Origin: the human T2T-CHM13v2.0 reference genome, Homo sapiens
NCBI RefSeq assembly: GCF_009914755.1
Contig: NC_060935.1
DNA: 64,000 bases
Reading direction: 5' to 3' (one strand)
A program made the position numbers and the translations under genes. The notes below the pieces were generated by a model. That model searched no databases and was not told the DNA's origin. It was given only the letters and a program-made list of their open reading frames with translations. This document shows, in pieces, positions 1 through 15,400 of the stretch. The number at the start of each line of letters is the position of its first letter. The stretch's first letter is position 1.

Positions 1-440
1 AGATTTGGGGCAACTAGTTACTGGGGAGGTGATCCCAGGAGGCAGGAGTAAGGGAGTGGGGAGAACACGACAGGAAGGAAGCAAAGCCATTGCTAGGGTG
101 TGTTTTATCAGTCTCCACAGTGGGCGACAGGGCTGTGTTCCACCAGGACCCCTGAAGCCTACAGAATGCCTTCCAGAATTGCTCATCTGCAGGACTGGAA
201 ACTGATGATTGATCTGCTGACTCCAGCCCCCACTGGGTAAGGTCCCTGAGACTTCTGGGCTGTAATGCCTGCCCAAGCAAGGTCAGATGGTGCCAAAGAG
301 CCTGCAGCAGATGCAGAAAGTCACAGCTTGGGTAGGATGCTGGCCATGTGAGGTGAGCCTGGGCTGGCAAGGAAATGTCCACCCCAGCTGCAGCTGATGT
401 GGCATGGGCACTGGAGGCGGCTGCACAGAAACATTCCTTG
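1..440. mobile_element. Old MaLR LTR fragment (MLT1J/K/L-like)
   Basis: gggaggtgatcccagga...ggggagtgggga resembles old MLT1 LTRs; subfamily uncertain. Confidence 0.5.
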
Positions 441-513
441 GTCAGTCAACACACATGGATTGCTGGATCTCAGCTATTCATGAGGTGCCTGGGTTGCTAA
501 AGAAAAGGCTACA

Positions 514-838
514 GGCTGGGCACAGTGGCTGACGCCTATAATCCCAGCACTTTGGGAGGCTGAGACGGGCAGATTGCTTGAGGCCAGGAGTTCGAGAGCA
601 GCCTGGCCAACGTGGCAAAATCCCATCTCTACTAAAATTACAAAAATTAGCCGCACATGGTGATGCATGCCTGTAATCCGAGTTACCTCGGGAGGCTGAG
701 GCACGAGAATTGCTTGAACACAGGAGGTGGAGGTTGCAGTGAGCTGAGATGGCACTGCTGTACTCCAGCCTGGGTAACAGAGTAAGACTGTCTCACAAAA
801 AAAAAAAAAAAAAAAAAAAGAGGAAAAAAAAAAAGAAG
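514..838 (+). mobile_element. Alu (AluS-like), full length
   Basis: ggctgggcacagtggct...ctactaaaattacaaaaattag...gactgtctc plus A tail; degenerate TSD aagaa(a/g)aggcta. Confidence 0.97.
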
Positions 839-1517
839 AAGAAGAGGCTATGCACAAAGTGCCCCTGCGGGACTATGGAATGAACATGGGCTTTGCCATC
901 AGACTTCCTGGGTTCAGACCCACTTCTGCCGGTACCTTCTGTGGGACCTTGAGCAGGTCACATCACCCTTGAGGCACCTTGAGCCACGGTGTGTAAATAG
1001 GGACTGTAAAATAGAAACAATAATTTCCACCACATAAGGTGTTTAAGAGAATCAAATGTACTTGCAAAAATGAATGCATATGGCAGTGTGATGCTGAATG
1101 CAATTAGTTGTGTCCTCATGAAGCCGGCTGCCCAGGCTTTGCCTCACTCTACTCTCTCGTCTCCTCTTTGCCTTGCTGCACTGCTTTATCTTGTGTTGCC
1201 TAGCAGCCCTGGCCTCCTGTGGGCAGTGCTGGTTTTGCCCTGCCCAGCTTTGGGGCTAGCACATCAGCAATCCCCTCCCTGACTCTCCTATCCAGAATAG
1301 AAATCGATTTTGTGGAAACACAGAATAAAGAGCTGGCATGGCATACCACATAGCAGTGACGTGTGTTTTTAAATCCTTATGAACTGTTTCTGTCTCCCCT
1401 AGATCCCTCTTCTGACACAGCTGCCTTTCTCACAGAGGAAAATGTAGCTTGAACCCAACACCCCATTTTATTCTTCCACACTCATCCCTGCCGTTTGGGT
1501 TCTGGGCTGTCCCCATC

Positions 1518-2233
<716 letters not shown>

Positions 2234-3766
2234 TTACCTAAAAAGGCAACTTATTTTTCTGCTACCTATATAGTTTTCCTGTCCTTTTCTTCCCATCCAG
2301 CCTTTCTGGCTCTGTTGATGTGCTTCTATTTCTCCACTCCTTGAGGGACTGAATCCTTGGAAGCAGAGCCTGTGTCATCCTCATTGTTGTATCCTCAGGG
2401 CCTGGCAGAGCCTGGCCACGGTTCCCATTCAGGAAAGGTTTGCTAAAGCCTTCTTGAATGTAGTAGCTTTGATGCTTGCCCTTCAAGGATAGTCCAGAGC
2501 TGGGCAAGCTACACTATCAAGGGAAGGCATTGCCAGACATGAGCAAAGGCGCAGCGAGGGGCAGGAAGGGGCAGGCTGGGGAGATGGTGAGAAGCCCACA
2601 GTTGGCTGGGATGTAGATACTGGTAGTGGGGAGAGGTAGGGTGGAACCAGAAGGTGGGGAAATGTGACGTCAGGGTATTGGGGTTTGTGAATGCATTTAG
2701 TTGAGTAAGCAATGGAGCGCTGGGTGCCATGGAAAGGAGATAGAAAAATAGCAGGGCTCTGGGATAATTATTCAGCTACAGAATGGACCAAACACAGGGA
2801 GACCAGGGAGGTCTGGGCTGGGACCACAGTCCAAGCGAGAAATGATGAAGGCTTGAACCCTCATGGACACGAGGATGGAGACAAGATCAGAGACATTTAA
2901 GAGGAAGAAACACCAACCTGCTGACTGCCATAGAGGTGTTTTCCCCTCTGAGGTGCTGCCTCCAAGCTCCGCCTTCTCCTGCAGATGCCACGCTGAGAAT
3001 TTCCATGATGTCTGTAGTGACATATAAATCACCCCACCCCCAGTCCCCTCTCTGAAGGCTGACAGTTCTGGTGAGAGAGCAAAGACGCGCGATCCCCACC
3101 CCAGGCTGCTCGGGTTTCTGGTTCACAATTCAAAATGTCAATTCATGGAAGGAGGTGATATTTCACCTTTTTTAATATCAATTTTTTAAATTATCAATCA
3201 TGAGTAATATAAGTTAATAGTACAAAAAAATCTGAAAATACAGTGTCATTGAAATCTTACAGGTATAAGGTGAAAATTACAGTAAAAAATGACCCTGAAT
3301 AATCCCTTAAGAAGAATGACCTGGGATACTAGAAATTCAGAAGACAAAGATTACATTATTTCATCTTCTTTACCTTTTGACCATGAGCATCAAAGTCTAG
3401 TTCAAAGTGGAATGGGAGGGCAGGGTTTGGAGGTGGGTGGTGGTAAATTAAATGCTTGCTGGGTATGGGTCCACTATACTGATAAACCAAAGAAAAGAGA
3501 AATCACCTGAAATCCTTCTCCCACTCTTATTTTTTGGAGAGTGTCCTCATTCCAGTCTTTTAATTTTTCCTAATGCATATTACAAGCTAGACTCAGTGGA
3601 GTAGAATCATGTAATAGTTTTATTTTTCTGACAACAGTACCTCGCAAGCCTGTTCCACTGGCTTTCCTTTCCCTCAACCTGGATGATGATATCTTGAGCA
3701 GATCTTATAGCTTTGGGGGCAGGGGACAATATCATGTTAGATATCAATGAAGAGCCTCATTCTCAG

Positions 3767-4945
<1,179 letters not shown>

Positions 4946-5039
4946 CAGTTATTTTTTTTTAAGTCTGCCAAATAAGGGTCTGGCATAAAGTGCCTTCTGA
5001 TGTGGTTCCCCAAGAAAGACACTACCTCACTTCTGTGGT

Positions 5040-5850
5040 GTGATAAGTGTGATATAATAAGAAACATATATATTTGATCTCTGCCCCTAGTTCCTGAAAC
5101 AGCTCCCCAAACTCTGGGAATCTCCCGAGTGATAAGAATGTCTTTTGTATGCCAATGAGATGACTGGTGGCTGGAAGCCCCTAGATAATTTCAGCATAGG
5201 GGCTGGTCACAGGAAAGATCCAGCCATGATTAGAGGGTTGGAACTTTCAGCCCCAGGCTGAAGGTTGAGTCGCTCACCAAAGGCCAGTGATGTAATCCAT
5301 CATGCTTACCTAATGAAACCTCCGTGAAAATCCGAAAGGACTGGGTTTGGAGAGCTTCCAGATTACCGAACACCTGGAGGTGCTGGGAGGATAGTGTGCC
5401 TGGAGAGGGCATGGAAGCTCCCCCATACCTTGCCCTGTGTATATCTTCCATCTGGCTGCTCTTCTGTATCTTTTCTAATATCCTTTATAATAAATGGGTA
5501 AATGTAAGTAAAGTATTTCCCTGAGTTCCATGATCTGTTCCAGCAGATTAATTAAACCTAAGGAGGGCATCTTGGGAACCCTGATTTATAGCTGGCTGGT
5601 CAGAAGCATAGGTCACAACCTGGGGCTTGTGATCGGCATCTGAAGTGGGGTGGAGCACTGTGGATCTGACGCTATCTTCAGGTAGATATTGTCAGTATAG
5701 CATTGAATCATAGGATCCCCAGATGGTGCCCGCTGGAGAAAATTGGTGGTTGGTGGGAAGAAATCCTGCATGTTTTGGTGACCAGAAATGAAGCATTCTA
5801 TGGTGAGTGTGAGAGTAGGAAAAATACTGGTTTTTCTTATCTCTTGCAAA
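5040..5850. mobile_element. MER21-like LTR
   Basis: tgtgatataataagaaacatatatatttgatctctgccc...atgagatgactggtggctgg matches the MER21 pattern; inserted in old L1M. Confidence 0.75.
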
Positions 5851-5859
5851 ATGGCATTC

Positions 5860-8155
5860 TCACCAAAAAGGCAGAATCTGACAGAGAAACTATCAGACAA
5901 AACCAAAATGAAAAACAGTCTATGAAATAATTGGCCCAGAGTCATAAAAAATGTCAGTGTCATAAGAGACAATAACATACCGAAGAACTGTGCTGGATAA
6001 AAGGAAACTAAAGAGACATGGCAGCCAAGTGAAATGCATGATCTTAGATCCAGTACTGGATCAGAGGTGAAGATTGCTACAAAGCCTGTTACCAGGGGCA
6101 TTTTGTGAAATTTGGATCTAGCCTAAGGATTATATAATAGTATTATATTAATGTTAAATTTCCTGAATTTGATAACTATATTGTAGTTATGTAAGATAAT
6201 ATATTTTGTCTTAGAAAATACATGTTAAAATGTTTGGGGGTAATGATGTATGCAACTTACTCTAAAAAGGTTAAGAAAAAAATGTGTGTATAAAGAGAAA
6301 GTGACAAAGCAAAATGTTAACAATCACTAACAGCTGGTGAATGTGGATAAAGGGTATACATGGGTGTTCTTTGTACTATTCTTGCAATTATTCTGCAAGC
6401 TTAAAGGACTTTTATTGAAAATATATAAAGAGCTCTTAAAACTCAACAATAAGAAAATAATCCATTTTATAATGGGCAGAAGACTTGAACAGACACCCCA
6501 CCAAAGAAGATATGCAGATGACACATAAGCATATAAAAAGTTGCTCAACGCCATACATCGTTAGAGTTGCAAATTAAAACAACAAAGAGATACCACTAAA
6601 CACCTGATAGAATGGCCAAAATGCAAAACACTGACAACACCAAAGGCTGGCAAGGATGTGTGGCAACAGGAACTCTCATTCATTGCTGGTGGGAATGCAA
6701 AATGGCACAGCCACTTTAGAAGACAGTTTGGCAGGTTTGTGTGTGTGTGCAAAACTAAACATACTCTTATTCTTTGATCTGGCAGTTGCACTCCTTGGTA
6801 TTTACCCAGATTAGCTGAAAACTTACATTCACACAAAATCCTGCATACAGATGTTTATAGCAGCTTTATTCACAATTGCCAAAACTTGGAAGCAATCAAG
6901 ATGTCTTTCAGTAAGTGAGAGGATAAATAAATTATGGCACATCCAAACAATGAAATATTATTCAGTACTCAAAAGCAGCTATCAAGAAAAGAAAAGACAT
7001 GGAGGAAACTTACACTCATGTTACTAAGTGAAAGAAGCCAGTCTGAGAATGTTACATACTGAACAATTGCAACTATATGACGTTCTGGGAAAGGCAGAAC
7101 TATGGCAAAAGTAAAAAGATCAGTCATTGCCAGAGGTTAGAGGGGAGTGGAATAATTAGGCAGAGCACAAAGGATTTTTAGGTCAGTGAAACTATTCTAT
7201 ATGATGCTATAATGATGAGTACATGTCATTATCGATTTGTCAAAATCCATAGAATGTACAACACTAAGAGCAAACCCTAATGTAAACTATGGATTCCAGG
7301 TGATAATGATGCATCCATGTAGGTTAATTGTTTGTAACAAATATTCTACTCTTCTGTGGGATGTTGATGGTGGGGAGGTTGTGCTTGTGTGGAAGTGGGT
7401 GGGCATGGGAACTCTGTATGTTCTGTTCAATTTTACTGTGAACATAAACCTGCTCTAAAAATTAAAGCCTATTTTAAAAACACGAAAATTTAGCCTCTTA
7501 CTACACTCCCATTAAAGGGATTAAAGAAAAAAATAACAATACTAAGTGTTGGTGAGGATGTGGAGCAACTGGAACTCTTACACATTGCTGATGAGAATTA
7601 AATATTGGACAATCACTTTGGAAAACAGTTTGTCAGTGTCTTTGAAAGTGAAACATACACCTGCCCAGTGACCTAACACTCCCACTCCTAGATATTTCCC
7701 CAAGAGAAACAAAAACTTTTGTTAACACAAAAATCTGTATATGAATGTTTATAGTGGCTTTATTTATAATTGCCAAAAACTAGAAACAACCCCAATGTTC
7801 TTTGGTAGGTGAATGGTTAGACATCCTGTGGTACATCCATTCAATGGAATACTACTCAGTGATAGGAAGGAACTTCTGGTACTTTCAAAAACGTGGATGA
7901 ATCCCAAGTGCATTGTACTAAGTGAAAGAGCCCAGTCTCAAAAGGCTACATATTGTGCGATTTCATTTATATGACCTTCTGGAAAAGGCAAAACTGTATC
8001 CAAAACTAAGCCCTATCACTTTAGGGTGAGAGAAAGCATTTATATCTTGACTGTGGTGGTGGTGGTAGTTACATAACTTTATGTGTTTTTCAAAACTCAT
8101 AGAAGAGAACGTTATTAAGGGTGAATTTTACCATGTGTAAATTATACCTCAACTA
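5860..8155 (+). mobile_element. Nested old L1M (L1MB/MC/ME) 3' fragments
   Basis: ORF2 C-terminal remnants (ggaactctcattcattgctggtgggaatgcaaaatgg; gtttatagcagctttattcacaattgccaaaac) and L1M 3'UTR motifs; AT-rich. Confidence 0.85.
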
Positions 8156-9732
8156 AGCCAACAAATCAACTTGAGTTTCTCCTAGAGTTCTGTGACCCGG
8201 CTCAGAGACCTGCAGTGAGGAATGGGAGCCTTGTTTGTCTCTCCTGTTATCTATTCTGCTTCTTTGAATTGGCTCAGGGTTGAGAGGGGTTTGGGGGAGA
8301 TACAGGCAAGTGCAAGGTGTGCTCTGAATGGAGTCATTGTAACCTGGCGTTAGACTCCCCTAGGGGTCAGATACCCAAACTCTGGCCCTTGCTTTAAAGG
8401 GACAAACATTTTGTGGGTTGTGTGCAGGCTTCTTTGTTGGTCTCCTCCAGCTGGTTCCTGGGCTTGGGTGACATATTCCCCAAGACTACCTGTGCCTGTC
8501 CCCTTCACTCTGGCTGAGGGTCCTTCTGTAGGGGTCCCCTTCTCCTGGAGGGCAGACTTCTTGGGCAGGGATCTTTCATGATGACTGACTTTTGGATACC
8601 TTGCACTGTTTCTGGTTGGTAGCACAGGAAACATTTCTCTCTTTTGCACCCTGCAAGCACAAGCTGCTCCCATGGCAGCCCCCACCCCTCATGCCACCAC
8701 CAGGGATAGCTCCCATCAGCTTTTTCTCTTTAGACTTTTCCAGGGGAGAGGTGGGTCAGGTTCTGTTTCCCCCAAGCTCCAGGGAAGCCCCAGTCTCTTG
8801 GCTTGAGTTATGTGGGGTGAGGCACAGCACTGAGGTGACTCTCCCCAAGGAAAACCCCTGCATCCATCCTTCTCTCCCAGGTCAGTGCCTGCTCCAAGGC
8901 TGCTCTGAGCCTGTATGAGGGCATCACAATCTGCCCAAGTCCTGCTGGATTGTGTCTGGTGCTGCTTTTGAGGCTCTAGGGTACAGCAGCAATTCTGAGA
9001 CAGGAAAGTCCCATTTCACATCTTACTACACATAAATATTATGTTATTTTAACAAAACTGGGATTTTGATACGTATATCACCATTTTATAACCTGCTTTT
9101 TCGCTTCATACTATGTTTTGAGCATCTTTCCATGTCAGTAGACTGCTACATTCATATCATTTTAAATGAGTGATTAATATCACTTATGCAAATATACTAA
9201 AACTTATATCCATCCCCAATTGTTGGTCATTTTAGGTTGTTTCTAATTTTAGATGATTATGTTTAATAATGTTATGTTTGGGGTGAATTTATGTGAAGCT
9301 GATGAAAGGACCCCATTTGCACAAGTCCCTTTCAAATGCCTGGGAGTGATCTAGCAATTTTATATTCATAATTTTGTATTCTTTGCGTTATAGGGGCCCC
9401 CTAAATTGTATAAACTTCAGGCTCCACAAAAACTGGATGTGTCCTTGGCTATGACAAACGTCTTCACGCTCAATTTTTTTTTCTATTTTTTGGCTACGTC
9501 TTTATTTCCTTAGGATAAACTCCTAGAAACAGAATTGCTAGATTAAAGCAGATGCACATTTTTAAGATTCTTGGAACGTATTGCCAAAGGGCCCTCCAGA
9601 ATAGGTGATTTCATTTACACTCCCACTCTGCCTTGAATGAGAACAACCACAACTGGGGCGGTTTCTAAGGGATTGTGTTTCCTTGTTATTGTGACTTGGT
9701 TGTAGCTGACATTCCCACCTTTTCCCGAAAGT

Positions 9733-10226
9733 AGAGGTTTTGATCTGAGATCCACGGGATCTGTGGGTAGAATTCTTGGGGTCTGTGAACTTGGTTGAGA
9801 AAAAATTACGTCTTTATTTTCATCATTAGCTTCTCATTGAAATGTAATCATTCTTTCCATCTTGAATGTAGCCACGAATCCCCATAGTATTCAGAGTACA
9901 AATGACTTTAGCAGTCCTGTAACCAACAGAAATCACACGTTTTCCTGCCTTCTTACAGATCTCTCAGAATATCATTTATGCTCATCGGTGCTTCAAAATT
10001 ACAGTAGTTATTAGACTTGCCACTAGATCTTGTTATGTAATGTGCTCATAAAGAACATGTATTACTAATTCACAATTTATTTTTTAATATTTTGATAAGC
10101 AGTCAATAGAATTGGTTTCCTTTGTAATCATGTGTATTTTTTATTTTATGAATTTGAAAACCTTATCCTGAAAAGAAGTCCTTAGGCTTCACCAGACTGC
10201 CAAGGCATAATAAAGTTCAGAACCCT
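9733..10226. mobile_element. hAT-Charlie DNA transposon (MER113-like)
   Basis: ggggtctgtgaacttgg..aaaaaattac..tctttatttt and terminal ggcttcaccagactgcca...agaaccc. Confidence 0.6.
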
Positions 10227-11129
10227 TATTGTATGGGTCAACTCACATATCTTTAAAACTTACTGAAGGAAAGGAATTAAGCTTTCATGAACCCCTGCCT
10301 GGAGCCAGGCTCTAGGGGTACATGCTGGGGGTACAGAAGGGGCAGGATGACCTCCTGCTTTTGAGGAGCTCATAGTCTAGGTAGGACATGTGATTTCACA
10401 GCTCCTGCCACTCATTGTCCTGTGGGCTGAGGGCCCAGTTTCTCAGATCTTTCAGGATTTTAAGAAAAATTAGAAATCCAGATTTTTATATGTTCCCGTG
10501 TAAAACAACTCTTACAATTTTTAAATGTTGGCAACTAATCAAAATTTTTATAAACCACTGTGTGGGCCAAATAAAGCATGTCTGAAGGCTAAATCTGGCC
10601 CAAAGGCCACCAGTTTTCAACCTTTGCTCTAGGAAAGCTGAATTCCAGTGAGGGTGGGACAAATTCATTCTGTGGAACAAAGCAGCAGAGAACCTGAGCA
10701 CCCCCACCCATACCCTACTCTGCTCCTGTAAACCAGGGAAACAGGGAACTGGAGTCTTAGCTTTGAGAAGAGAGGAAATGAGAGAAGAAATTCTATTGTG
10801 GGCAGTGGGATTCCCTGTAACCTGGGTGCAGGCCGGGTGAGGAAAGACATGGCTGGAGGTAGATGCTACTGTAGTGAGAGTGTCAAGGGAATTGTGGGAG
10901 CAATGAGGCAATTAAATTATTGTATATCTAGAAAACCTCAGAGCCTCTAGCAAATAAGATAAAATAACTGCAAAAGAAAAACATATTTGAATTATTAAGA
11001 AAAAATGATGTTATTAGATATAAGATAAATGTACAAAAACCAGTTGCTTTTCTTATTTTTGACAATAAATGCATAGAAACGGAAATAGAAAAAATATTCC
11101 CATTATGATATTGACAAAAACGATATTCA

Positions 11130-11580
<451 letters not shown>

Positions 11581-11953
11581 TTAATATAGAAATGTCAAAC
11601 CTTCCAAAATCAATTCCAAACAGAGTGCAATGATCTTGATGTTTATATGAAGCAATAAATTCCTGAGAATAGCCAAAAAGACATGAAAAATAGTAACAGT
11701 ACAAGATGACTTGTCTTGCAGGTATCAGAACCAACTCTAAAACCAATCATTAGAGTAATGGTATAGAAACAGAGAAATAGATTAGTGAAAAAAAAAAGAA
11801 ATCCAGAAATAGATCTCAAATATATATCAGAATTTAATATCTGACAGAGTAACCTTTTAATTACTTAATAAGCAATGCTTTCAAAATTACTATTCATTTT
11901 GAAGCAAGTAAAATTGGATGATTATTCAACTTCAAAATAAAAAACACATCTCA

Positions 11954-12092
<139 letters not shown>

Positions 12093-12116
12093 TCAACAAC
12101 ATCTCAGGTTATGTAA

Positions 12117-12464
<348 letters not shown>

Positions 12465-15400
12465 AACATAACAAATTTTACAAGAAAATTTAGGAGACTA
12501 TATGAGCAACCTGAGTGAAACTTAATAAAATTGAGAAGCGATTAAGGAAAAGTGAGACCTTGGAAAACATTGTAGGCCAAAAGATACATAAGCAGGGTCA
12601 ATAGACAAACGAATTATGGAAATGTGAGACAAAGTTTAAGATCTACAACATACAATAAGGATTTACAAATTAATAAGAAATAGTTAACTCAGTAGAAAAA
12701 TGGGCAAAGGATAAAAATGGGTAATTCACAGAAGAGTTCATCCAAATGGCCAAAAATACAAATGAAGACGTGCTCAGCTCCAGCAGCAGGAAAATGCAAT
12801 TTAAAGTAACAATGAGAGATCGTTTTATACCCACAGCTAAAACCTGCATTTCTGGTAGGGAGGCACAGGATAAGATACTTTCATACGTTGTTTGCGGAAA
12901 TGTGAAACATTACTGTTTTTTTGAAATGCAAACTTTATTAAAAGTATATATAATATACATTAAAAGTGTATAAAATATATATATCTCCATTGATTTACTT
13001 CTAGGCATTCATTCCATGAGAACACAAACCCTAGAGAGTATAGGCATAGGAATAGAATTTTTTGCCTCATGTTTATAGTTAAAGAAAAGATAAAGCTATT
13101 GTTCATCAATAGGTGAATGGCTGAATAAATCGTGCAATATTCACGCTATGGAATATTATGTAATGTCAAAAATTATGTGAAACTTATATCAGTTTATTTC
13201 GGGGGATTTCCTTGAAGTACTATTGCATAAAAAAGCGAAATGCAAGAGAGTATAATAGAATATGATCCCATTTTTGTAAAATAACAATTAAAATCTCTAA
13301 TACTTGCATATGTGTGTTTGCATACAATGTAAATGTGTCTGTCAGTGATTACTCAATTAAGGAGAAAACATACAGAAGGTTGGATACAGTGGGTTATCTG
13401 GGGTCAAAGGGGAGGGTAGTACAAGCTGACATGAGCAGTGTGGAAAGTGAGGAGGGAGACATTATTGGCTCATCCTCCACGAAAAAAATAAAATAAAATA
13501 AAAAAGCACGGGCCTTTGGAATTGGACTCCCTCATCCTGCAGCCTAGCTAGCCCCCTCCCCCCAAAATGCGTGACTCCCTTGGGCATCCCTCCCACCACC
13601 CTATACGTGGCCTTCCATGTGTTTTCCATGATGCTAGAATAGGGCAGTCAAGTCACCAAGTCGCAGGGAGGGGCCAGGGCTGGGGGGCTGCTTTCAGTGC
13701 ATGAGAAAGGACCTCAGGGTCCAGAGTTCAGGCCCCATTCTCCCCAGGCGACTTGGCAAATTCATGAGAGTGAGTGGAAGAGGCCACGGAGTATTAATTG
13801 ACTTGTTCTCTCAACTGAAGTCCTCCTTCCGTCTTAGCTGACAGGTCATGTCCTCAGAAAGGATTCTTCTGAGTCCCACCCCTCAGTGATCTTGCCCTTC
13901 ACTCCCTTTCATAGCCCTCATTACAATTTGCCATCGTTTTTGTTTGTGTGTGATTAATGTCTATTTCCCAAGCGCCACAAGAGGAGGAACGCTGCCTGTG
14001 CAGCACCCAGTATGAGATGCGGCAGGGTCCCGGCAATGCTGGCTGCTTTCAGTCATTTGCTCACTCACTCTCTCCTTCATTGACTCAATCTTTTCTGCAT
14101 TTCTTTATTCATTTTTTCCCTTATTCACTCCAGAAACATGCTATTGGTCCATGCCTTTTCCCGATCTGAATCTTCCGCTTTCTAGGGTGGCTTTTTCAGA
14201 GAAGGAGGGAGTGGGGACATGATGGCAGAATTCTGGGAATGCATCCACAACTTGGGAGGGCCTAGCTGGGTGAGTTGGAAGCTCTCCAGGGAAGGAGGGA
14301 AGATTTCAGAAGGCTGGAAGTCCTGAGCAGAAGGTGCTGAATGAGGAGAGAGGAGAAAGTGATGCGATGGAGGCTGGGCCAGGCAGACCCCTCTACTCCC
14401 AGACATGCCCTGGCTCTTCCTGCTGCCAGGCCTTGGGTCCTGCCATTTGTTCTGCCTGGAAAGCCTCTTCCCATCTCCACGTGTTGAAATCCTACCCTTC
14501 CTTGCAGAGCCAGCCCAGATGTCCTCGAAGTCTTGCCTCACTTCTCCAGCTGGAAGGGCTGCTCCCTGCTGCAAACAAACTTCCCGAGCACAAAATCTGG
14601 ACCTCCCTCAAGGCGCTGACCACTTCCTGGCTTGGGTTGTGGTGTGGCCCCTCTCTCCACCCCATAGACAGAGGCTCTGTCCAACTGTTCCCTGTATCCC
14701 GCAGGGCCTAGGGCCCAGCACAGAGCAGATGCCCAAGCCACTCTGGCCGAACGAATGAGCAGTGCTGAGTTTGGGGGTGTGGGCGATGATTATGACCCCA
14801 TTTTACAGATGCAGAAATAGAGGTGCAGCTAAGTGACGGTCTTGGCCTTGGTCCCACAGTGAGGAAGCAGCAGAACCTAGACTCAGGCCTGTGTTTCTGG
14901 TCCCAGAGGCCAGACTCTTTCCAGGGCAGCTTGGTGGGAGGTGAGGTAGGGTGGGGTGGAGTGAGACTGGATCCTGGGAACCAGGAGGCCAGGGAGAGCT
15001 GGAGTTCGGACGGCCAAGTTCACGGAAAGCGCAGCTGGGGAGGAGCCAAGGTATTTATTATGCTTGGTCTCCAGTTCCAAACAGAGCTGATGGATGGAGC
15101 TGCTCCAGTTCCTATAAACAGCTCGGGCCTCCCTCTCCCCCACCCCGCCCTCCCCATTCTCAGCCACCACAGCCCAACTGTTTCCAGTGCGATAGGGGTG
15201 GGGGTGGGGGGAGATGACCAAGAAGAGAAGAATGGGAGACGAGGGGGAGCAAAGGAGGGGGGGAGGACAAAGATAAGACGGGGTCCTAGAGGCCTGAGGA
15301 AGCTGCAGGGAATGGAGGGTGGTCAGAGAGGATTCTTTGCCTCCCCACTGGCCCCTGCTGCCGTGGGCAGCCCACAGTCTGCATTCCCCTGTCCTCTCTG

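Noticed and set aside
2665-2672. Full CRE palindrome TGACGTCA
   Set aside because: Isolated 8-mer in repeat-derived intergenic DNA; about one is expected by chance in 64 kb.
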